Shown piece after piece: positions 18,115-26,055 of a stretch of DNA of 64,000 nt. The notes under the pieces are model-generated. The model saw only the letters and a program-made list of their open reading frames with translations, did no database searches and was not told the DNA's origin. Position numbers and translations under genes: made by a program. The DNA comes from Bacillota bacterium (GTDB lineage: Bacteria; Bacillota; Clostridia; Oscillospirales; Oscillospiraceae), in NCBI GenBank assembly GCA_021768085.1, contig JAETOJ010000013.1, forward strand, positions 2,448 to 66,447. The letters are read 5' to 3'. The number at the start of each line of letters is the position of its first letter. Within the stretch, counting starts at the first letter, position 1.

Positions 18115-19134
18115 TTACCCCTTGTAGCCGTTGGGGTTCATGGACTGCCACTTCCAGGAGGAGGCACACATCTCCTCGATGCCCAACTGGGCCGTCCAGC
18201 CCAGCTCGTCCCGAGCCTTGGCCGGGTCGGCGTAGCAGGCGGCGATGTCGCCGGGACGGCGGGGGTCGATGACGTAGGGCAGCTCATGGCCGCAGGCCTT
18301 CTCATAGGCGTGGAGCACGTCCAGCACGGAGTAGCCGTTGCCGGTGCCCAGATTGCACACGAACAGACCGCAGTTGGTGGCCAGCTTTTTCAGCGCCGCC
18401 ACGTGGCCCTTGGCCAGATCCACCACGTGGATATAGTCCCGCACGCCGGTGCCGTCGGGGGTGTTGTAGTCGTTGCCGTAGACGTGTACCTTCTCCAGCT
18501 GGCCCACCGCCACCTTGGCAATATAGGGCACCAGGTTGTTGGGAATGCCGTTGGGGTCCTCACCGATGAGGCCGCTCTCGTGGGCGCCGATGGGGTTGAA
18601 GTACCGCAGCAGGGCCACGTTCAGCTCGGGGTCGGCGGCGCAGATGTCCATGAGGATCTTCTCCTGGAACAGCTTGGAGGTACCGTAGGGGTTGGTGGTG
18701 CCGCCGGTGGGGAAGTCCTCCTGAATGGGGACGGTATGGGGGTCGCCGTACACCGTGGCGGAGGAGGAGAACACGAAGTTCTTCACCCCGTGACGGCGCA
18801 TGGCCTGGAGGAGGTACAGGGTGCTGATCAGGTTGTTGGAGTAGTACTCCAGGGGCTTGGCCACGCTCTCGCCCACCGCCTTCAGGCCGGCGAAGTGGAT
18901 CACGGAGTCGATGTCCGGGTGCTGGGCGAACAGGGCCTCCACCTCGTCCTCATGGCACAGCTCGGTCTTGACGAAGGGGATCTGTTTGCCGGTGATCTTT
19001 TCCACCCGCTTCAGGGCCTCCTCGCAGGAGTTGTAGAGGTTGTCCGCCACCACGATGTCGTAGCCCGCTTGGATCAGCTCCACGCAGGTGTGGCTGCCGA
19101 TATAGCCGGCCCCGCCGGCGACCAGAATAGACAT
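18115..19134 (-). CDS. galE: UDP-glucose/UDP-GlcNAc 4-epimerase
   Basis: GGAGYIGSH, HFAGLKAVGES, FSSSATVYG, YGTSK, LLRYFNPIGAH motifs. Confidence 0.96.
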   Translation of the reverse strand: MSILVAGGAGYIGSHTCVELIQAGYDIVVADNLYNSCEEALKRVEKITGKQIPFVKTELCHEDEVEALFAQHPDIDSVIHFAGLKAVGESVAKPLEYYSNNLISTLYLLQAMRRHGVKNFVFSSSATVYGDPHTVPIQEDFPTGGTTNPYGTSKLFQEKILMDICAADPELNVALLRYFNPIGAHESGLIGEDPNGIPNNLVPYIAKVAVGQLEKVHVYGNDYNTPDGTGVRDYIHVVDLAKGHVAALKKLATNCGLFVCNLGTGNGYSVLDVLHAYEKACGHELPYVIDPRRPGDIAACYADPAKARDELGWTAQLGIEEMCASSWKWQSMNPNGYKG

Positions 19135-19253
19135 AATAAAGACTCCTTTCAATTTTGAGGACTACTGGTGATCCGCTTCGTTGGAACCTGCCCCTATAGT
19201 CAAGGCACTTCAAAAGAGGCGACATACCTCTTGCATTTCTTCAAATGCGTTGG

Positions 19254-20225
19254 CTATATTGTAAGCGGGCCAGGGCGGAAAGGGAATATGCTATCGTGTA
19301 CATTATTTGCACAATCGTCCGGCAAAGGCCCGCCCTCAGACAGCATCTTTACGCTGCGCTCATACTCGCTGGGGGACATTCCCGTGGCCTGCCGGAACCG
19401 GCGGGAGAAGTAGTGTACCGACTGGAAGCCCAGCCGGGCAGCGATCTGGGTGAAGTTCAGCCGTCCCTCCCGGATCAGCCGCTTGGCGGACTGGATTTTC
19501 AGATCGCCGAACCAGGCCATCACACCGCCGCCAGTGTGGGCGTGGAACAGCTTTTGCAACTGGCTACGGCCCACCAGGTTGTCCCGGCAGATCTGCTCCA
19601 GGGTGAGGGGCTGATCCACCCGCCGTTCCAGGTAGTCCATCACCTGGGCCACCACGCCGTCCCCCTCTGGCCGCCCGTCCGAGCCAGGCTGGGGGGAGCC
19701 CTCCCGACGGATCAGCCGGATCAGCAATTCTTCCAGGGCGGCGCACAGCAGCTGCTCCCCCCCGAAGGGGGCCGCCCCTCGACGCTCCAGCCGGGTGAGG
19801 TTGGACAGATTCAGCGGTGCGGAGAAGGCGGCGGCGCTCTCTGCCACAACTCGGCCCAGCAGGGCCCGCTCCTCCCCGCGGATGGCGATGGTGCGATCTC
19901 GGAAGAAGTCCATGGCGGGGCTGTCGCAGCCGAAGCCCACCACCACCAGGTCGGGGGCCACCCCGGCGGCGGAAAAGGCGTGGAACTCCCCAGGGGCGTG
20001 GAACACCGCCTGTCCCTGCTCCAGGCGCAGCCGCCGCTCCCCGGCGGTGACCAGCAGGGAGCCCTTGTCCACGTATAAAAGCTCCCAGAAGTCGTGGCGT
20101 TCGCCGGGGTAGGCGTAGCTGCCGGTATACTCGAAGTAGTGCACAGAATAGAGCTTGTCCACCGCCACCGGGCGGCGGGGGATCAGGGGCCGGTAGTCCA
20201 GCCCGGCGGGGGCCTGTCCGCCCAT
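19254..20225 (-). CDS. AraC-family regulator with cupin sensor domain
   Basis: GERHDFWELLYVDKG cupin; LGFQSVHYFSRRF...SPSEY HTH. Confidence 0.9.
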   Translation of the reverse strand: MGGQAPAGLDYRPLIPRRPVAVDKLYSVHYFEYTGSYAYPGERHDFWELLYVDKGSLLVTAGERRLRLEQGQAVFHAPGEFHAFSAAGVAPDLVVVGFGCDSPAMDFFRDRTIAIRGEERALLGRVVAESAAAFSAPLNLSNLTRLERRGAAPFGGEQLLCAALEELLIRLIRREGSPQPGSDGRPEGDGVVAQVMDYLERRVDQPLTLEQICRDNLVGRSQLQKLFHAHTGGGVMAWFGDLKIQSAKRLIREGRLNFTQIAARLGFQSVHYFSRRFRQATGMSPSEYERSVKMLSEGGPLPDDCANNVHDSIFPFRPGPLTI

Positions 20226-20256
20226 GGGTATCCTCTCCTTTGCGCCGGGTTGGGCC

Positions 20257-20913
20257 TCAGCGGCCCCGCCAGTTTACCATCTTGGAGATGTCGTCAGGTC
20301 GGCCCGCTGCCATGATGTGGGTGTCGGCGGCAAAGATGAAATCGGGAGCGATGGGCAGGATGGCCCCGTCCTCCTTGCGGCCGATGACGTTCACGTTCCA
20401 CTTGCGGCGGATGTCCAGATCGATGAGGGTGAGCCCCGCCCAGTGATCAGGCACGTCCAGCTCAAAGATAGCATACCCCGGAGCCAGCTCCACATACTCC
20501 AGGGCCCCGTTCACGCTGAAGCGCATGGCGGTGCGCTGGGCCATGTCCCGCTCGGGGAACACCACCTCGTCCGCGCCGATCTTCAGCAGCAGCCGGGCGT
20601 GAAGATCTCGGTCGGCCTTGGCCACCACCATGGGGGCCCCCAGCTCCTTGAGTAGGGAGGTGATCTCCAAGGAGGACTGGAAGTTCTCGCTGATGCACAC
20701 GAAGCAGAAGTCGAAGCCGTCCACCCCTAAAGAGGCCAGCACCTCCTCGTCCATGCAGTCGCCCACCTTGGCCTGGGTGACGTGTGGGGCGATGTGGCTG
20801 ACGGCCTCCTCGCTGCTGTCAAGCACCATCACCTCGTTGCCCTGATCCATGAGCCGCAGGGCCAGGTTGGTGCCGAAGCGGCCCAGGCCGATCACCAGGA
20901 ATGTGGCGGCCAT
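20257..20913 (-). CDS. ktrA: Ktr/Trk potassium uptake regulatory (RCK) subunit
   Basis: VIGLGRFG NAD-binding motif; LLKIGADEVVFPERDM. Confidence 0.9.
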   Translation of the reverse strand: MAATFLVIGLGRFGTNLALRLMDQGNEVMVLDSSEEAVSHIAPHVTQAKVGDCMDEEVLASLGVDGFDFCFVCISENFQSSLEITSLLKELGAPMVVAKADRDLHARLLLKIGADEVVFPERDMAQRTAMRFSVNGALEYVELAPGYAIFELDVPDHWAGLTLIDLDIRRKWNVNVIGRKEDGAILPIAPDFIFAADTHIMAAGRPDDISKMVNWRGR

Positions 20914-20951
20914 TCTGATCACACCTTTCCATTTTTAGTATAACTGCGCCG

Positions 20952-22289
20952 TCACCCGATGGTGATGCGCTCTATGGGGTCCTTGACCCGGGGGGGCAGG
21001 CGCTCCGCCAGGGCCATCATCATGGTGAGGCTGCCGATCCGCCCGCAGTACATCATCACCAGGATCAGCACCCGGTTGAGGGGGGACAGGGCCCGGGTGA
21101 TGCCGGTAGACAGCCCCACGGTGCTCATGGCGGAGAACACCTCGAACAGGGCGTCCTGGAGGGGGAAGGGCTGGGTGGCCAGCAGGGCGAAGCCCCCCGC
21201 CATGGCCAGGGTCAGGTAGAGGGTAACCCCCGCCGCTGAGCGGTGGATCTGGCCCTCGTCCAGCCGGCGGTTGAAGGCTCCCACCTCCCGCCTGCCCTGG
21301 ATATAGGCCCACAGGGTGAGCAGGCAGACGGCCACGGTGGTGACCTTGACGCCCCCGCCGGTGGAGCCGGGGCCCGCCCCGATGAACATGAGCACGATGG
21401 TGAGCAGCCCCCCCGCGCTGGTGAGGGAGGCCAGATCCACGGTGTTGAACCCCGCCGTCCGGGGGGACACCGCCTGGAACAGGGAGGCCAGGGCCTGCTC
21501 CCCTGGGGCCATGCCGGCCAGCAGATTGTCCCGCTCCGCCAGCCAGAACAGCACCGCGCCCCCCAGGGTGAGAATCAGGGTGGCGGACAGCATGATCTTG
21601 GCGTGGAGGGAATACCGGCGCAGGCGCAGGCCCTTCTCCCACACCTCCCGCCACACCAGAAAGCCCAGCCCGCCCAGCAGAACCAGGGCGCACACGGTGA
21701 GGTTCACCAGGGGGTCGTCGGCGTAGTAGGTGAGGGAGCTATAGGGTTCCCGGAAGCCCATCAGGTCGAAACCCGCGTTGCAGAAGGCGGACACGCTGTG
21801 GAACACCGCGTACCACAGCCCCCGGCCCAGGCCCAGCTCAGGCACGAAGCGAACGGCCAGCAGGGCCGCCCCGGCGCACTCGATGACGGCGGTGCCGCAT
21901 AGGATATAGCGCAGGAGGATATACACATCGCTGAGCCGCTCGGCGCTGACGCTCTCCAGCATGAGATCCCGCTGGCGCAGGCTGATCTTCCGGCCCAACA
22001 GCATGGAGGCCATCAGCACCATGGTCATATAGCCCAGCCCCCCCACCTGGATGAGCAGCAGCAGGATGAGCTGACCCAAGCCGTTGAACTGGGTCCAGGT
22101 GTCCGCCGCCACCAGGCCGGTGACGCAGGTGGCGGAGGTGGAGGTGAACAGGCAGTCCAAAAAGGGGAGGGGGCGGCCTGTCCGGTTGGCAAAGGGCAGG
22201 GACAGCAGCACCGCGCCGGCCAGGATAATGCCCAGAAAACCCACGGCCAGAATACGGCCAGGGGTGAGCTTGACGGGTTTCTTCTTCAC
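20952..22289 (-). CDS. ktrB: Ktr/Trk potassium uptake membrane subunit
   Basis: SATCVTGL, SAFCNAGF, PRTAGFN, SAMSTVGLSTG and MYCGRIG pore motifs. Confidence 0.92.
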   Translation of the reverse strand: MKKKPVKLTPGRILAVGFLGIILAGAVLLSLPFANRTGRPLPFLDCLFTSTSATCVTGLVAADTWTQFNGLGQLILLLLIQVGGLGYMTMVLMASMLLGRKISLRQRDLMLESVSAERLSDVYILLRYILCGTAVIECAGAALLAVRFVPELGLGRGLWYAVFHSVSAFCNAGFDLMGFREPYSSLTYYADDPLVNLTVCALVLLGGLGFLVWREVWEKGLRLRRYSLHAKIMLSATLILTLGGAVLFWLAERDNLLAGMAPGEQALASLFQAVSPRTAGFNTVDLASLTSAGGLLTIVLMFIGAGPGSTGGGVKVTTVAVCLLTLWAYIQGRREVGAFNRRLDEGQIHRSAAGVTLYLTLAMAGGFALLATQPFPLQDALFEVFSAMSTVGLSTGITRALSPLNRVLILVMMYCGRIGSLTMMMALAERLPPRVKDPIERITIG

Positions 22290-22522
22290 GGGCGGCGGCC
22301 CCCTTTTCCTGGAAGGTTTATGTTATATTATACCTGCCTGGAGGATAGTTTGCAAGGGGAAAGGCATCCCCTCCGCGGATCTCCTCTCCGGGCTCCGCGA
22401 AACGACAAATTTCTTGCGTGAAAAGTGAAAGACAGGGGGTGCGGGACAGAGATAAGGTATGCTATAATAATATGATCAATCAGGAACACTTCCGCGGAGA
22501 GAACGGGAGAGGGGGACTTTGG

Positions 22523-24550
22523 ATGGGCTTGATGGACTACAGTCTGCTGGCGTGGGAAGGGATACGGTTTCTCACGTTCCTGCTGGTGTGCGGGCTGCTG
22601 ATGGAGGATCGCGTTCCCCGCCGGATCGCCTGGGTGGCAAAGGTGGGCTTCCTGGTGGCGGAGGTGGTGGTTCAGGCTGGAGTGCTCCTGCTGGGGGGAA
22701 GCTATGTCCTGATGCTCTCCCTGCTGGCGGCGACGGCCTATGTTCCTGCCATCGTCTACGTCCACATCCTCTCTAAAAACGGATTCATCCAGACCTGTAC
22801 GGTGTGGATGGCGGGGCTGTTGACGGCCCTTACCCTGCGCTGCCTGTACCAGGTGACGGCCGTGGCGGCCGGCTGGCTGGAGGAGGGGCCATGGCGGGTG
22901 CTGTTGCTGCTGGGCACGCCGCTGCCTGCGGCGGCGGTGCTGACGGTGCTGGCCGGATTCCTGCGCCGGCCGTTCCAAGCCTGCCTGCGGGAATACTCCG
23001 GAGGCTGGCTGCCGCTGCTATTTCCCACGTCCATCGTGTTCCTGCTGCTTTCCCACATCGGGAACAACACGGCGGATCCGGGGACGGTGGTGCTGATCCT
23101 CCTGGCCACCCTGTCCATGCTGCTGGTGGTGAGCCGGCTGATCCTGCTGTCCGCGTCCATCGCCCGGACAGAGGAGGCCGATCGGGCGGCGGCGCAGCAG
23201 CTGGCCATCCAGCGCCAGGATTACGAGGCCCTTCAGAAAAAGTTGGAGCTGGGCCGGGCCTACCGCCACGATATGCGCCACCACCTGAGCACGCTGGACA
23301 GCCTGCTCCAGCAGGGGGAGACGGACAGCGCGCGGCAGTACATCGGCCGGCTGGCGGGCCAGCTCACCGCCGTGGAGGGGGAGACCTGGTGCGGCAACCC
23401 GGCGGTGAACGCGGTGCTGGCCGCCCAGATCAGCCGGGCCAGGGAGTGCGGCTGCACCGTAGAGGCGGACGTGCGTATTCCGGATGAGCTCCCCTTTAAT
23501 GAGGCGGATCTGTGCGTGATTTTCGCCAACGCCTTGGAAAACGCCGTCCACGCCTGCCAGGCCATCCCCGGGGGAGGGGAGCGCCGGATCCGGCTGAGCG
23601 CCCGGCTCAATGACAATCGGAGGCTCACCATCGCCGTGGACAACTCCTGCCCCACGCCAGTGGAGCTGGACGGGGAGGGTATGCCCACCGCGCCCCGGGA
23701 GAAGGGCCACGGCTACGGCCTGCGCAACGTCCAGGCGGTGGTGCGGAGATACAACGGCCTGCTCCAGTGCGAATGGGCCGAAGGGGAGTTCCGCCTCCAT
23801 GTGGTGCTGTTCGACTCGGTGGAGCGCAGAAGCGCCCACAGACGCAGGGCCGTCTGGCCTGCGGTGGCGCTGACGGCGCTGTTTCTGGGGTGCTTCACGG
23901 CCAACAGCCTGTCCGAGACGGTGCGGGTGGCCCGGGAGATGCAGGCCGCCTCTGTGGTGGACGGGGCGGTGTGGCTGCTGGGGGCTCACAGCTTGTCAGG
24001 AAGCGGGGAGGAGCCCGGGGGGGACGGGACGCCCGGCGTCCCGGAGCTGGAAAAACTGGCGTGGGACTCTTTTTTGCAGTACGTATCCCGAACCTACGGC
24101 ATCTATACGGACATGGATGTGGGGTATACTGTGGTGAGGGACGACGCCGCCCTGCTGGTGGTGCGGTTCGACGGGGTGGTGAACCGGGGCAGCTCCGGCC
24201 AGTTCAACCGGTTCCTCAACTATGACAAGAGGAAGAACCGGGCGCTGTCGCTGTCCGATCTGCTGAGCGAGGGCTATGTGGAGGCCATCAGTGAGGAGAT
24301 CCTGCGGCAGATGATCGACCGGCAGGCCAAGGGGGAGGGGGACTATTACGCTCCCGGCGGGATTTGGCGGGAGGACGAGTGGTTCCAGACCATCGCCCCG
24401 GATCAGAATTTTTACATCAACGGGGACAGCCAGCTGGTGATCGCTTTCGACGAGTGCCAGGTGGCGCCGGGGAGCATGGGCGCGCCGGAATTTATCATCC
24501 CCGCTCAGGTGCTGGAAGGCCTTCTTGTCCAGCCGTCTATTCTGGATTAA
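22523..24550 (+). CDS. AgrC/VirS-like GHKL sensor histidine kinase with C-terminal TM helix and RsiV/DUF3298-like domain
   Basis: Multi-TM N-terminus; H-box YRHDMRHHL; N-box NALENAVHAC; G-box GHGYGLRNV; then a TM helix and WFQTIAPDQNFYINGDSQLVIAFDECQVAPGSMGAPEFIIP (DUF3298-like). Confidence 0.8.
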   Translation: MGLMDYSLLAWEGIRFLTFLLVCGLLMEDRVPRRIAWVAKVGFLVAEVVVQAGVLLLGGSYVLMLSLLAATAYVPAIVYVHILSKNGFIQTCTVWMAGLLTALTLRCLYQVTAVAAGWLEEGPWRVLLLLGTPLPAAAVLTVLAGFLRRPFQACLREYSGGWLPLLFPTSIVFLLLSHIGNNTADPGTVVLILLATLSMLLVVSRLILLSASIARTEEADRAAAQQLAIQRQDYEALQKKLELGRAYRHDMRHHLSTLDSLLQQGETDSARQYIGRLAGQLTAVEGETWCGNPAVNAVLAAQISRARECGCTVEADVRIPDELPFNEADLCVIFANALENAVHACQAIPGGGERRIRLSARLNDNRRLTIAVDNSCPTPVELDGEGMPTAPREKGHGYGLRNVQAVVRRYNGLLQCEWAEGEFRLHVVLFDSVERRSAHRRRAVWPAVALTALFLGCFTANSLSETVRVAREMQAASVVDGAVWLLGAHSLSGSGEEPGGDGTPGVPELEKLAWDSFLQYVSRTYGIYTDMDVGYTVVRDDAALLVVRFDGVVNRGSSGQFNRFLNYDKRKNRALSLSDLLSEGYVEAISEEILRQMIDRQAKGEGDYYAPGGIWREDEWFQTIAPDQNFYINGDSQLVIAFDECQVAPGSMGAPEFIIPAQVLEGLLVQPSILD

Positions 24551-24563
24551 GGAGGAAATCCCA

Positions 24564-25280
24564 TTGCTAAAGCTGTGTATCTGTGACGACGACCCGGGGG
24601 ATTTGGAGCGGCTGGAGACCTTCACCGGCGAGTTCTTCCGCAGCCGCCCCGATGTGCCCGCCACGGTGGAGACCTTCCGCTCGCCCTATGATCTGCTGGA
24701 GCGGCTGGAGGAAAGGGGCGGATTCGACCTCTATCTGCTGGACATCCTCATGCCCCATATGTCCGGGCTGGAGCTGGCCCGGAAGATCCGGGAGCGGGGG
24801 GAGACCGCCCAGATCCTGTTCCTCACCTCGTCCCGGGAGTTCGCCCTGGACGCCTTTTCCGTCAACGCTGCGGGCTACCTGCTCAAGCCGGTGGAGCGGG
24901 ACGCCTTCTGCAAGGCCATCCTGGCGGCGGTACAGGCCCTTACCCCGGCGGACGATCTGCATCTGCTGTTGAAAACCAGGGAGGGCATCCGGAAGATCCG
25001 CCTGCGGGAGCTGGTGTTGGTGGAGAGCTTTGACCACAGCCGGGTGTGCACTCTGTCCAACGGCATGGTGCTGGAAACCCCGGCCACCCTCACCTCCCTG
25101 CTGGAGCGGCTGGAGGGGGATGCGCGGTTCTTTTCCCCCCACCGGGCCTATATTGTCAACCTGGAATTCGTCAACGGGCTGGCGGGCAGCGAGCTGCTGC
25201 TGTTTAACGGGCGACGGCTGCCTGTGTCCCGAAAACTGGCGTCTCAGCTGAAAAAGGCCTACATGAGGTACGCGTTTTAG
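24564..25280 (+). CDS. LytTR-family response regulator
   Basis: ICDDD, LLDILMPHMSG, LLKP receiver motifs; FFSPHRAYIVNL LytTR domain; TTG start after GGAGG. Confidence 0.93.
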   Translation: MLKLCICDDDPGDLERLETFTGEFFRSRPDVPATVETFRSPYDLLERLEERGGFDLYLLDILMPHMSGLELARKIRERGETAQILFLTSSREFALDAFSVNAAGYLLKPVERDAFCKAILAAVQALTPADDLHLLLKTREGIRKIRLRELVLVESFDHSRVCTLSNGMVLETPATLTSLLERLEGDARFFSPHRAYIVNLEFVNGLAGSELLLFNGRRLPVSRKLASQLKKAYMRYAF

Positions 25281-25433
25281 ACAAGGCGCCCGAGGGATGA
25301 TTGCTCCCCGGGCGCCCCGGTTGCTTTCCACGCAGAAAATCAGGCATTTCAAGAAAAAATAAACACAAGGGTCTGGAAATATGATACAATGCGTGGTACA
25401 ATCTGGCTGTGTGAACTGCCAAAAAGATGGGCT

Positions 25434-25736
25434 TCATCGCGAGGGGGATTGTGAATTGTGCCCCAACTTGTCCACCAGGGCGATGACCAGGGCGGCGGAG
25501 CTGTCATCCAGGGCGGACAGATCCACATACCTGGGCGCGTCCACGCACACCAGATAGTCCACCGTCACCCCCAGCACCCGGGACAGACGGATCAGCACTT
25601 CCAGGGAGGGTGCCTTGCTGGCGGTCTCATAGGCGCTGATCATCCCCTTGGTGACCCCCACTCGATGGGCCAGCTGCTCCTGGGTCAGGTGCTTGCCTGC
25701 CCGAAGCTGGCGAAGCTTTTCGCTGCAATCGATCAT
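25434..25736 (-). CDS. XRE-family HTH transcriptional regulator
   Basis: LRQLRAGKHLTQEQLAHRVGVTKGMISAYETASKAPS; AGGAGG RBS. Confidence 0.9.
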   Translation of the reverse strand: MIDCSEKLRQLRAGKHLTQEQLAHRVGVTKGMISAYETASKAPSLEVLIRLSRVLGVTVDYLVCVDAPRYVDLSALDDSSAALVIALVDKLGHNSQSPSR

Positions 25737-25811
25737 GTAGTATCCCCTCCTTTCCGCTATCAGTGTAACAAAAAGAAGTTTTCCCATAGTGTACTTGGGT
25801 AATACTACCGG

Positions 25812-25840
25812 TTGACTTTCCGCCTTTCCTATAGTATTAT
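25812..25840 (+). promoter_or_regulatory. SigA-type promoter facing the pilus operon, overlapped by an 8-bp inverted repeat
   Basis: TTGACT-17 bp-TATTAT; IR arms taatacta (25800-25807) and tagtatta (25832-25839). Confidence 0.55.
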
Positions 25841-25947
25841 TTAATTTCATGGAAGCTATGAGCTTGCAGGCGCAAGGCGGACACAGAGGAGGCCGGCAGG
25901 CTGTGAAATCCTCCTTGATGCGTTTGGCACTTTGCGCAAAAAGGGGA

Positions 25948-25976
25948 TTGTCAAAAAGCATAAGCTGGTGTATGAT
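25948..25976 (+). promoter_or_regulatory. Second SigA-type promoter upstream of the giant pilin gene
   Basis: TTGTCA-17 bp-TATGAT, about 80 nt before the ATG. Confidence 0.6.
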
Positions 25977-26055
25977 AACCTAACGGAAGTAAATGAACGT
26001 TTACGCCCCCGTTTTTCAGGTTCAAGCCCGTGCCGTTATAGTAAGGAGCGTCGCT

